From NCBI RefSeq assembly GCF_030028105.1, contig NC_092376.1:125858230-125922229 (forward strand): a DNA stretch of 64,000 bases, written 5' to 3'. Shown here piece after piece: positions 50,332 to 62,900 of the stretch. The DNA is from Mobula birostris (Eukaryota). Below the pieces are notes generated by a model, which saw nothing but the letters and a program-made list of their open reading frames with translations, was not told the origin of the DNA and searched no databases. The first letter of the stretch is position 1. Each line of letters starts with the position of its first letter. Made by a program: the position numbers and the translations under genes.

Positions 50332-51327
50332 ATTGTTTACAATATATATTAATGACTTGGATGAGGGAATTAAGTGCAGCATCTCCAAGTTTGCGGATGA
50401 CACGAAGCTGGGTGGTGGTGTTGGCTGTGAGGAGGATGCTGAGAGGATGCAGGGTGACTTGGATAGGTTGGGTGAGTGGGCAAATTCATGGCAGATGCAA
50501 TTTAATGTGGATAAATGTGAAGTTATCCACTTTGGTGGCAAAAATAGGAAAACAGATTATTATCTGAATGGTGACCGATTAGGAAAAGGGGAGGTGCAAC
50601 GAGACCTGGATGTCATTATACACCAGTCATTGAAAGTGGGCATGCAGGTACAGCAGGCGGTGAAAAAGGCGAATGGTATGCTGGCATTTATAGCGAGAGG
50701 ATTCGAGTACAGGAGCAGGGAGGTACTACTGCAGTTGTACAAGGCCTTGGTGAGACCACACCTGGAGTATTGTGTGCAGTTTTGGTCCCCTAATCTGAGG
50801 AAAGACATCCTTGCCATAGAGGGAGTACAAAGAAGGTTCACCAGATTGATTCCTGGGATGGCAGGACTTTCATATGAAGAAAGACTGGATGAACTGGGCT
50901 TGTACTCGTTGGAATTTAGAAGATTGAGGGGGGATCTGATTGAAACCTATAAAATCCTAAAGGAATTGGACAGGCTAGATGCAGGAAGATTGTTCCTGAT
51001 GTTGGGGAAGTCCAGAACGAGGGGCCACAGTTTGAGGATAGAGGGGAAGCCTTTTAGGACCGAGATTAGGAAAAACTTCTTCACACAGAGAGTGGTGAAT
51101 CTGTGGAATTCTCTGCCACAGGAAACAGTTGAGGCCAGTTCATTGGCTATATTTAAGAGGGAGTTAGATATGGTCCTTGTGGCTACGGGGGTCAGGGGGT
51201 ATGGAGGGAAGGCTGGGGCGGGATTCTGAGTTGGATGATCAGCCATGATCATAATAAATGGCGGTGCAGGCTCGAAGGGCCGAATGGCCTACTCCTGCAC
51301 CTATTTTCTATGTTTCTATGTTTCTAT
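50332..51327 (+). mobile_element. Young 5'-truncated CR1 (uninterrupted 298-aa RT C-terminal ORF 50333-51229)
   Basis: YINDLDEG..KFADDTKLGG, LVRPHLEYCVQFWSP, FFTQRVVNLWNSLP; (TTCTATGT)n tail. Confidence 0.97.
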
Positions 51328-51693
51328 AATCGGGACGACTACATTTTTGCCAATTAAGCAGCTGCCCTAATTAGCTGAAGTTTCATGGGAATAACTAAAA
51401 AGGTATAAAAAAGACCAACTACCATTTAACTGAGAAACAAATTATGAAATTAAATGAAGTACAGAATAAATTAGAACACTACCAAAACTACTATAGTACT
51501 ATAAAGTTATGTATTAGTTCCTAATAGTTATCAATGGAGGAATTCATTCAGCATACATTGACGTATTATTTTCATTGGCTGTTAATGAACAAGATCAGTG
51601 CAGACACCTAGTGCAGATAGAGGATTGCCTTCAAACAGCGCCTTCAGTGATTGCACCTTCCTTGTCTTCATTTTCATTATAACATACAAGATG

Positions 51694-54600
51694 AAGAGAG
51701 ATTTCCAGGAGTTAGGAAGGAAGCTGAGAAGCAGGACCTCCGGGGTAGTAATCTCGGGATTGCTACCTGTGCCACGTGCTAGCGAGGGCAAGAATAGTAG
51801 GATCAGGCAGATGAATGCGTGGCTGAGAGACTGGTGTAGGGGGCAGGGCTTCAGATTCTTGGATAATTGAGATCTCTTCTGGGGGAAGTATGACCTGTTC
51901 AAAATGGACAGGTTACACCTGAACCCGAAGGGGACCAATATCCTGGCGGGAAAGTTTAGTAGAGCTGTTAGGGAGGGTTTAAACTAATTTGGCAGGGGGA
52001 TGGGAACCGGAATGATAGAGCGGAGGAAGGGGAAAACAGAAATAAATCTAAGATAGTGAGCAGTAAAGATGTCAGGAAAGACAGGCAGGTGATGGGGCAA
52101 ATTTGTAGCCATTGGGATGAGTTGCAGTGCAATAAAGTTGCAGTGAAATCAAAGCAAAAAGTATCAAATACTGGTCTTAAGGCGTTGTACTTAAATGCAC
52201 GCAACATAAGGAATAAGATGGATGATCTTGTTGTACAGCTACAGATTGGCAGGTATGATATTGTGGCCATCACTGAGACCTGGCTAAAGGATGCATGTCT
52301 CTGGGAGCTGAACGTCCAAGGATACACGGTGTATCGGAAGGATAGGAAGGTAGGCAGAGGGGGAGGCGTGGCTTTATTGGTAAGAAATGATATTAAATCA
52401 TTAGAAAGAGGTGATATAGGATCGGAAGGTGCAGAATCTTTATGGGTTGAGCTAAGGAATAGCAGGGGTAAAAGGACCCTGATGGCAGTTATTTATAGGC
52501 CTCCAAACAGCTGCAGGGATGTGGACTACAAATTACAACTGGAAATAGAAAAGGCTTGTCAGAAGGGCAGTGTTATGATAATTGTGGGGGATTTTAACAT
52601 GCGATTAGACTGGGAAAATCAGGTCAGCACTGGATCTCAAGAGGGAGAATTTGTAGAATGTCTTCGAGATGGCTTTTTAGAACAGCTTGTTGTTGAGCCT
52701 ACTAGGGGATCGGCTGTACTGGATTGAGTATCGTGTAATGAACCGGAGGTGATTGGAGAGATTGAGGTGAAGGAACCCTTAGGAGACAGTGATCATAACA
52801 TGATTGAGTTCACTGTGAAATTAGAAAAAGAGAAGCCGAAATCTGATGTGTCGGTATTTCAGTGGAGTAAAGGAAATTACAGTGCATGAGAGAGGAACTG
52901 GCCAAAGTTGACTGGAAAGAGACACTGGCGGGAAAGACAGCAGAGCAGCAGTGGCTGGAGTTTATGCGAGAAATGAGGAATGTGCAAGACAGGTATATTC
53001 CAAAAAAGAAGAAATTTTCGAGTGGAAAAAGGATGCAACCGTGGTTGATAAGAGAAGTCAAAGCCAAAGTTAAAGCAAAAGAGAGGGCATACAAGGAAGC
53101 AAAAATTAGTGGGAAGAGAGAGGATTGGGAAGTTTTTAAAACCTTACAAAAGGAAACCAAAAAGGTCATTAAGAGAGAAAAGATTAACTATGAAAGGAAG
53201 CTAGCAAATAATATCGAAGAGGATACTAAAAGCTTTTTCAAGTATATAAAGAGTAAAAGACAGATGAGAGTAGATATAGGACCGATAGAAAATGATGCTG
53301 AGAAATTGAAATGGGAGATGAGGAGATGGCAGAGGAACTGAACAAGTATTTTGCATCAGTCTTCACTGAGGAAGACAGCAGTATACCGGACACTCAAGGG
53401 TGGCAGGGAGGAGAAGTGTGCGCAGTCATAATTACAACAGAGAATGTACTCAGGAAGCTGAATAGGCTAAAGGTAGATAAATCTCCTGGACCAGATGGAA
53501 TGCACCCTCGTGTTCTGAAGGAAGTAGCTGTGGAGATTGCGGAGGCATTAGCGATGATCTTTCAAAAGTCGATAGATTCTGGCATGGTTCCGGAGGACTG
53601 GAAGATTGCAAATGTCACTCCACTTTTAAGAAGGGGGCAAGGAAGCAAAAAGGAAATTATAGACCTGTTAGCTTGACATCGGTGGTTGGGAAGTTGTTGG
53701 AGTCGATTGTCAAGGATGAGGTTACAGAGTACCTGGAGACATATAACAAGAGAGGCAGAACTCAGCATGGATTCCTTAAAGGAAAATCCTGCCTGACAAA
53801 CCTATTACAATTTTTTGAGGAAATTACAAGTAGGCTAGACAAGGGAGATGCAGTGGATGTTGTATATTTGGATTTTCAGAAGGCCTTTGACAAGGTGCCA
53901 CACATGAGGCTACTTAACAAGATAAGAGCCCATGGAATTACGGGAAAGTTACATACGTGGATAGAGTGTTGGCTGATTGGCAGGAAACAGAGAGTGGGAA
54001 TAAAGGGATCCTATTCTGGTTGGCTGCCGGTTACCAGTGGTGTTCCGCAGGGATCAGTGTTGGGACCGCTTCTTTTTACATTGTACATAAACGATTTAGA
54101 TTATGGAATAGATGGCTTTGTGGCTAAGTTTGCTGACGATACGAAGGTAGGTGGAGGGGCCGGTAGTGCTGAGGAAATGGAGAGTCTGCAGAGAGACTTA
54201 GATAGATTGGAAGAATGGGCAGAGAAGTGGCAAACGAAGTACAATATTGGAAAGTGTATGGTTATGCACTTTGGCAGAAAAAATAAACGAGCAGACTATC
54301 ATTTAAATGGGGAAAGAATTCAATGTTCTGAGATGCAACGGGACTTGGGAGTCCTCGTACAGGATACCCTTAAAGTTAACCTCCAGGTTGAGTCAGTAGT
54401 GAAGAAGGCGAATGCAATGTTGGCATTCATTTCTAAAGGAATAGAGTATAGGAGCAGGGATGTGATGTTGAAGCTCTATAAGGCGCTGGTGAGACCTCAC
54501 TTGGAGTACTGTGGGCAGTTTTGGTCTCCTTATTTAAGAAAGGATGTGCTGACGTTGGAGAGGTTACAGAGAAGATTCACTAGAATGATCCCGGGAATGA

Positions 54601-55082
54601 GAGGGTTAACATATGAGGAATGTTTGTCCGCTCTTGGACTGTATTCCTTGGAGTTTAGAAGAATGAGGGGAGACCTCATAGAAACATTTCGAATGTTAAA
54701 AGGCATGCACAGAGTGGATGTGGCAAAGTTGTTTCCCATGATGGAGGAGTCTAGTACGAGAGGGCATGACTTAAGGATTGAAGGGTGCCCTTTCAGAACA
54801 GAAATGTGAAGAAATTTTTTTAGTCAGAGGGTGGTGAATCTATGGAATTTGTTGCAACGGGCAGCAGTGGAGGCCAAGTCATTGGGTGTATTTAAGGCAG
54901 AGATTGATAGGTATCTGAGTAGCCAGGGCATCAAAGGTTATGATGAGAAGGCGGGGGAGTGGGATAAGTAGGAGAAAATGGATCAGCTCATGATAAAATG
55001 GCAGAGCAGACTCGATGGGCCGAATGGCTTACTTCTGCCCCTTTGTCTTATGGTCTTATGGTCTGGTCTTATGGTCTTATGT
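51694..55082 (+). mobile_element. CR1 LINE with ORF1 C-terminus and full ORF2 (frameshifted)
   Basis: ORF1 VVISGLLPVP..NAWLRDWC..LHLN; endonuclease LYLNARNI, AITETWL, GDFN, SDHN; RT QHGF, DFQKAFDKVPH, KFADDTK; (GGTCTTAT)n tail. Confidence 0.97.
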
Positions 55083-55390
55083 TTGTCGATACCTTCAAAT
55101 TCTTCGTAGTTCCTAACTTGTTGAAATAGTGAAATTGTTTCATTTTCATTCCCAGCCATTTCTGTTATCGCCAAGCCTGAATACTTGAAACCACAGAGAG
55201 CAAAGCAGTTCGAATTGTCTTACTGTTTATTACTTGCCAACTATCAGCGACAAAAGTCACTGCTCTTTGAACTCAAACAGGCAACTTACGTTATTTAAAA
55301 ACTGTTTAAAAAGTGTCTAACTGCCAAACGACGTACACACAACTGATGCAAGTTAGAAAATGATCTGCAACAGTTTCCTGTCCCAATTAA

Positions 55391-55506
55391 CAGGAATTCT
55401 GCAGACGCTGGAAATTCAAGCAACACACATCAAAGTTGCTGGTGAACGCAGCAGGCCAGGCAGCATCTCTAGAAAGAGGTGCGGTCGACGTTTCAGGCCG
55501 AGACCC
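55391..55506 (-). mobile_element. 116-bp Penelope end, truncated inside its hammerhead
   Basis: CAGGAATTCTGCAGACGCTGG...GGTCGACGTTTCAGGCCGAGACCC flanked by TTAA (55387-55390, 55507-55510). Confidence 0.85.
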
Positions 55507-56034
55507 TTAAGTGGCATAGTGTCCCAAATAAATGAAGGGAATCCTAGCTATTTTCTTGACTTGTTTTTGTTCTTCAAGAATTGTCCCAAATAAACAGCTG
55601 CCTCAGTTAACTGATAGCCCAATTAACTGGAATCTACTGTATTGAAGATTAATTGCTTTTTGTTTGACATATTTACAGGAATATATGCATGGAACAGCAA
55701 GGAAAGTTAACACTGAAAGGAAATTTGTATGTCTAGAGTTAATTGTGCCTTCTTTCAAAAGGAAATTAAGAAACAAATAGTGAACACTACCAGAGTGTAA
55801 AGGCTGGGGAGTTGAAAAATTATTCATCCAGGTATAATTAATTCATTTTGAAACACCCTGCACTTCTAACCTACTTTCCTGTCTTCACATTGGATGTGTA
55901 GAGTTTACATGTTTTCCCTATGAATGGAAGAGTTTCTCACCAGTGTTCCAATTTCAGCCCACATCTTAGAAAGCATGGGGCCTGGCATCTGTAAATTGCC
56001 TCTGGTGCAGGGGTTTCCAACCTGGGGTCCATGA

Positions 56035-56225
56035 GTGGCAGCATGGTAGTGTAGTAGTTGGCACAACGCTGTAAAGTATCAGTGACCCAGTTTCAATTCC
56101 CGCCCTTGCCTGTAAGGAGTTTGAACATTCTCCCTGAGACCATGCAGATTCCCACCGGATACTCCGATTTCCTCCCACAGTCCAAAGATGCACCAATAGG
56201 TAGGTTAATTGGTCAGTGTAAACTA
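56035..56225 (+). mobile_element. HE1/V-SINE-like tRNA-derived SINE (older degenerate copy at about 55880-56005)
   Basis: tRNA-like head, then V-domain-like GGAGTTTGAACATTCTCCC..TACTCCGATTTCCTCCCACAGTCCAAAGA. Confidence 0.8.
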
Positions 56226-57202
56226 TCAAATTTTAGCAAAAATTAGCTAATCCCCTGGAGAACAAGTAGGAAAAGTGATGATATTGAAAATCTGGTTCCC
56301 AGTGAATTTTCTTTTGAAGTTTCATTTGCTCATAGATCGTTGCTCATAAAAATATTGAGTACTAGTTATAAATGATGGAAGAAACATTCAGTATTCCAAA
56401 TTAATTGGAAGATCATAGAAATCACATAACCTGTCAGATTTGAAAATGAATGCTAGCTAAATCTAGTGTTCATGAAGAACAAAGATTTACTCCTGCAGTT
56501 CCTAAGTTCTAAACTTTAGCATAAATACTTGCAAAAGAAAATTTACAGGCTAATAGCAACAGAGCAGAGGACAGATAATACGACAAATCTTTCAAAATGC
56601 CAAACAACCTGCTGTGCTTCTCATTGAATATGTAAGCATTTCCCTCTGGAAAACTCACAGTGGAGCCATTGAAAAATGAACAAACATTTACATTCAAGTC
56701 AATTCACAGGACATTATCCTTCCTATTATCGTGTTCTGGTAAAACCCTCAACTCAGTCTGAGCAGTAAGCACAATTAGATTGTCAAATATTACCATTTTA
56801 TTAGGTCCTAAGTACATAGAGCACTTCACAATACAAACTATATATCCAATGCCCATCATTCTACACTTGTAAATCTGGAATTCATTTGGTTACTGATGAC
56901 TAACTCCGTATCTGACTTTCATTCTTTAAAAGTTACGCTTCCTCAACCAACTGAAACAACTTGAGAAATGCATGCATAAAAGTGTTCGGATGCTTTACGG
57001 AACTCCTTCTCCTTGCTTTCTGTCTTCTTCTCTTCTATATGTTGATTGTGTGAAATAAATTACTCTAGCGTTGGAAACTGCACAGAAAGATAGAAAGTTG
57101 ACTAATTTGTAGCAAATTCTAATATGGTGAAATATTAGCTAATGTTTTATTAATTTTTTCTTTAATAAAGAAGATCTGGGCATACAAAAACATTCCAATA
57201 AT

Positions 57203-57435
57203 AGAAGATTCGAAGATTAGCTTTGTACATGTACATCGAAAAATACAGTGAAATGTGTTATTTCAGTCGACGACCAACACATAGTCCAAGATTTACTGGG
57301 AGCAAGTGTTGGTAACATAGCTTGACCTTTACTAACACTAACCCGTACACATTTGGAATATGGGAGGAAACTGGAGCATCTAGAGGAAACATATGCAGTC
57401 ATGGGGAGAACATTCAAACTCTTACAGACAGTGGT
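57203..57435 (-). mobile_element. V-domain SINE fragment with a Rex1-type tail
   Basis: Plus GGGAGGAAACTGGAGCATCTAGAGGAAAC..GGGGAGAACATTCAAACTC (reverse V domain) joined to the tail GAAGATTCGAAGATTAGCTTT. Confidence 0.65.
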
Positions 57436-59569
57436 ATCAGTTTGAATAGCGTAAAAATTTTATTACATGTTTTGTGAAGTTTGACTGGATTATCTAATAA
57501 TGCCCAAGTGTTGTACAGAGCATTCCAATGATATCAAACTCCAAAGATCTCCTTTGAATGACACCCTTCCAGTGCACTTAATTGTGTTTCAGATCCATGT
57601 AACAGTAATTACTTGCAACTTGCAGTTAAGTTTACTAAAGATAAGTAAATTACAAAGTCTTCAAATTGACCATTGATTTTTCTTAAAGAAATAACTCTAG
57701 CATAACAATTATCTGCCATGATGGGTACACACCAAACACAGCCTAAATGCAATTTATTCAGTCTTCTCTGCTATTGTCCACATTCATAAATTGTACCTGG
57801 TATTATAATAATTGGTTATGACTTGTAAGCACCTTAGGTTTTACATAACTGCTGAAATGAAGCAGTGTTACTTCTAAACTTAAAAAGGTTTTTTTTAGCA
57901 AATGGCACTGTGAAGAATCTAATTGCCTTTGAGATTAAGGTTAATATTTGGTTTGCTTTTTATAAATGCTACTTGTTAGGTCACTCGGAGTTTACACATA
58001 TTATGGTACCAAATGCCAAAACAAATTGATGCTTTTTTTCCAAGTATGACAATTAAAACAGAATACAAGCTGGATCTCTATTTTTAACCACAAATCCTTT
58101 ATGAAGCATGGTATGCCAGAGGATGTTTTTTTTTCCCAGAGAAAGGAACATTAAAATTCTATTTATAATGCTGAGGCTTGTGCTTACATATATATCCCTT
58201 TGAGGCAAAAATAAAGTCTAATTGATAAACACACACTGGGGGAGTTCATTAAAAGGTTAATTAGCAAGCAACCTAGAAATCACAACTGCCTTTAGTTAGA
58301 ACATCAATTAAGAGCCTGCAGATATTGCAGTTCCAGTGTTTGTCTTACATTGCAGTGTTGTCCTGCATCTCTTTGGGAAAACAGATTTGCATAGGACTGT
58401 GTGTGTTGTCCAAAAAGATAAAATATCCCAACAGAACATTTTTCATATGTGCTATTTGAAAAGAACATGCATAAGTAGAGGCAACTTCATTGTGCATTGA
58501 ATACAATTTTATTAAACACATTTGCATGAATAATTTTCTATAGTTGTATAAACCAACGAGTTTAGTTAGGTGGATACAATTAAACATTTCTTGAAAAAGT
58601 ACTCAGTGCTTTCCGGGTGTATGTGACGAATAATCTCTTCTCGGGCTTTCAGACGGGTATAGGTATCGATTTTAACTGACATCAAAACATCGGTTAAAAC
58701 AGAATTCTTATTTAAAATTTAGGTACATATTGCATTTAGACAATAAACGGCAAGTGGAATGCCAATAAACCAACTTATTTAATAAGCTTAAAACTGCACA
58801 TGATAATGCGCTGTTTTGTAAACAAAAATAAAGCTGTCAGATAACAATATGATTACTAAATAGACTTGGCTATTCCTGGACTCAGACCTCAAGCTGCTTC
58901 TTGACCTTATTGGATTGGGAAAGGTGAACACACTAGAACATCTGCATACATTGTGGATTACCTGTTTGTTCAAAAAAAAGGCCTTCAGTAGGAACCTGGT
59001 CAATCCAGTCTGCAGGATCAAGGTCAGCCCAAACTCAGGAGTAAGTCTGCAGCACACAGGCGACACTTGCATATGAAAGTGTTCAGAAGCCAAGTTCCAA
59101 GTCATGGCAATTCATTGACTGATGTATACTGATTGTAGGGAGCCTCTTCTCAGTGAGAATTATTAAATATGATGACATTCATGATTATCTTTTGTACATA
59201 GACATTGACAGCAAGACAAAGGGTGTTTGAAGACCAAGACTTCAACCCAGCCTAAAACTTCTGGTTTGCCAGGTAACAGAGGTCTCTATTCTCCTGTATT
59301 CTTCTGAGGCCTGGAGTGACTATAACAAGCATTTCAAGGCATTGGAAAGATACTTTCACTGCTGGCTCTGCAATATTATCTGAACTACAGACAGGATAAG
59401 CAAATCAATACTAGCATCTCCTCCAGGTCAACATCTCCACCACTTAATTAAAGCCTCCGTTGTTCAGGGATGTTGCGTGGTAGCTGTCTAGGTACGCAAG
59501 CCAGGGCAGTACAATATGGACAACAAGCTGTTGATCTCAACCACTATACCTCTAATTACATTTAGTACA

Positions 59570-59900
59570 CCAGCCCATCTCATACTCATGCCTAATACCA
59601 GACTCCTGGAAATAAACACTCTATTTTGAACTTTGTGACAGGTGGACAGAGAGAAAGGTCAAAGGATATTCTAAAAACATTCTTCAAAAATGGAACATCT
59701 CCAACAACTCCTGTGATTCCCTAGCCTATTACTACTTAAGGGGAAGGAGAATTTTGGATAGGACTTTGAGACCATGTGACGGGAGCCTACAGTAGTTCAA
59801 TATAAGTGATGGAAGGAGACCACTGCCTTTCAAACCACGTCCTGCCCAACCTGGATGTCCATGTTTACCTCATCAGTCACCTCAGAGGCCACAGAACTGG
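59570..59900 (+). mobile_element. Decayed RTE-clade LINE 3' fragment
   Basis: Remnants of RTE C-terminal motifs: ATGCCTAATACCAGACTCC (MP.TRL), GGTGGACAGAGAGAAAGG (GGQRKR-like), CTCATCAGTCACCTCAGA (LISHLR). Confidence 0.6.
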
Positions 59901-59901
59901 A

Positions 59902-62900
59902 GACTTCCGGTAGAGCTCATGGAGTGAAGTCGTGTTCTTGACTCGCTCCATTACCTCTGAGCTTTATCCTATGATCAGCTGCATTTAAGCTAACTTTTAA
60001 GGCACCGACATTTACAACACCTTGCAGCGGATTGCTATTATATATTTGGATATTTTTAAGGTCCACTATGTCTAAGAACGGGAAAGACGACAAACCTCCA
60101 GTTAGATCGGAAGTTACCAACCCCTCTTCCGATTGAACCAGCGGTAACTATGCAAGCTATATTGGATCTGATTCGTGTGGAAATCTCATCTAAACTGGAG
60201 AGAATCATCGATGGAATTGATAAAATGAAAACATCTATCACGGAACATCAGACTGCTATATCTAATCTCCAAGTATCCACGCAACAGGATGAACTCAAGA
60301 TGGGGAAAATTGAAGAAACAATTAGTACAATGTAGAAAAAACTTGATTTTCTTCCCTTTAAAAATTCTGATTTAGAATGCAGAATGAGACGTCAAAATAT
60401 AAGAATTCTTGGTCTTCGTGAAGCTGCCGAATCTGATGACCCTATAAAGTTTTTCTCTCAACTTTTAAAAGATTCATTTCCCACCTTATTTCCTGATCAA
60501 CCACCACTAAGAAGAAGCTGCTTCGCTTTGCTCGACCTAAAGGTTATATTGATTTCTCGGATCGCCGTTTTCGATTGGTGGAGGATTTTAGTAAACAGGT
60601 TCATGATCAACATGTCCGTTACAGATCTGTGATATCAGAATTCTACAAGATGGATTTAAAACCATTGTTGCTCTTATCCCGCACATTTGAGGATTCGATT
60701 GTCTGATGGGTCTTCCCGTTTTTTCAACTCTCCGTCCGAAGTCCAGAGTTACCTGTATCAACATTTGCCTTCAACATCCTAATCACACTATTAAATCATC
60801 TCTGTTCGATCGGAGGCAGTTAATCTGTTGGGTTTAATTTCTTTCTTTTGCTGTATATGAGGGCAGAAATGTTTTATTTCGGTTTAATTAATATGGTTGC
60901 CAAACTTTTTTTTAACTGCGTCATTCCTTTCTTCTTCCCTGGGAATTCTGGGTGGCCATTCCCACAGCATCATTTTACGCACATACCTGGAGGCCTTAAA
61001 CTTTGTAGTTTTTTTTAATGTCGTTTTTGTAGTTTTTTTGACTAGTCTATGCTGATACTTCGTTTTCTTGTATAATTATACAGTCTGCTGTAGGTTAACG
61101 GTTTTCTTTATATATACCTGTTTTTTCTTTGTATTATATCATTTTCATTTTAATTGGTGTACTTTCTTTTACTCTTTTACTGTTTTATAACTTTAGATGA
61201 TCTTTTTACATATACACTTTTTTTTAGTGAGCATCTATCGGAAGTCATGGGGGTAGATCTAGTGCTTGCTTCTTTCTGGCTAGTCTATCTTAGATTTAGC
61301 TTTGGGGTTATGGGGTGGAGGGGTGGGGGGGCTTCACTTTTTACATTTTCTTTCTTCTTGGGCTACTTATATTATTGAAGTATTTGCCGTGTCCTCTTTC
61401 TCGCTATCTCATGCTTACTCTGTTCCCTTTCCGGGTTTGTGGGTCGAACCTATTGTCAATCCTCCTTTATTTGAGGGTTGACTTTAGGGATTGTGGAGTC
61501 TACTATTAATTTTGTCTCTTGGATTACTAACGGTCTTAATCAGCCAATTAAAAGGAAAAAAATCTTTAAAGCATTCCGGAGACTTAAAGCACATATTCTA
61601 ATTTTACAAGAGACCCATGTGAGGAGGGGGGACAGATTACATTTTTTTAAGTTCTGGAAGGATCAACACTACCATTCGAATTCCAACGCCAAAATTCGAG
61701 GAGTTTCTATTTTTATAGCTCCTTCAATCACTTTTGTGCAACACAATATTATTTCTGATCCAAATGGTAGATTTTTATTGGTTAGTGGTTTACTCTTTAA
61801 TAAAAAGGTAGTTTTGGTTAATGTCTATGCTCCAAACTTGGACGGTCTAGAATTTTATAAATCATTATTTAATTTGTTCCCGAATTTGAATGAGTTTTCA
61901 CTAATCTGGGGCAGAGATCTTAATACTTGTTTATCCCCATTATTGGATTGATTGGCTCCTATACGGACTCCACCCAATAAATCCGCAACTTTGATTAATT
62001 CATTTCTCTCAGATTCAGGGTCGACGGACATTTGGCGATTTTTGCATCCCCAGGAAAAAGACTTCTCTTTTTTTTCACATGTTCATCATTCCTATTCAAG
62101 AATTGATTATTTTTTTATTCACCCTCGTCTTATTTCTTCAGTGGTTAAATGTGAGTATGACTCTATAACCATTTCGGATCATGCTCCACTTAAGCTTTCT
62201 ATTAAAATATTGGCCAATACACAAAATAATAGACAATGGCGTTTTAATTCGCTGTTGCTTCAGGACTTGGATTCTGTTAACTTTATGAATGAACAGATTG
62301 AACTCTTTTTTACAATTAGCTGTACAGAGGATATATCCATGAACACCCTTTGGGATACTTTTAAAGCTTATATTCGTGGCCAGATCATCTCGTACTCTGC
62401 TGCTTTGAGTAAAAGGTTGAAGGAGGAGGAGCTGGTTCTTGTGGACAAAATTAAGGAAATTGATAAGAAATATGCTACAGCTCCCTCTGAGAAGTTGTAT
62501 AAACAAAGAACTGAACTTCAAATGGAACACAGTTTATTACTTTCGTCCCCTATTGCAAATCAATTAATGAAAACAAGAAGCGAATTTTATATACATAGTG
62601 ACAAAGTTGGTAAACTGTTGGCTAATCAGTTGAAGACTAACTCTACTAGATTTCAAATTAATCAGATTTATAATCAAAAAGATCAACTGACATTTGATCA
62701 AGCTGAGATTAATCAATCCTTTTTTGACTTTTATTCCTCTTTATATCAATCAGAGTCTCCACGAGATTCTAAACATATGAGTGACTTTTTAGATAACCTC
62801 GACTTCCCTAAGATTTCACACGATATATGTTCTATGTTAGACACTTCCTTCACTACTGATGAGATTAAGAATGTTATTTTTTTCTATGAACCCAGGGAAA

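Larger units (their letters stand above)
50311..55639 (-). mobile_element. Non-autonomous Tigger-like element expanded by three nested retroelements
   Basis: TA-CAGTGGAT..AATTAGGAC at the left and GCCCAATTAACTGGAATCTACTG-TA at the right. Minus-strand TIGD-like remnants NCFALCGF and NYEEFEGID../HLVCYNENED flank the CR1 at 51694-55082. Confidence 0.7.

Noticed and set aside
56995-57100. Strong minus-strand acceptor (57078-57079) followed by a purine-rich stretch
   Set aside because: Only weak donors follow, and all three frames hit stops unless a weak donor is used.
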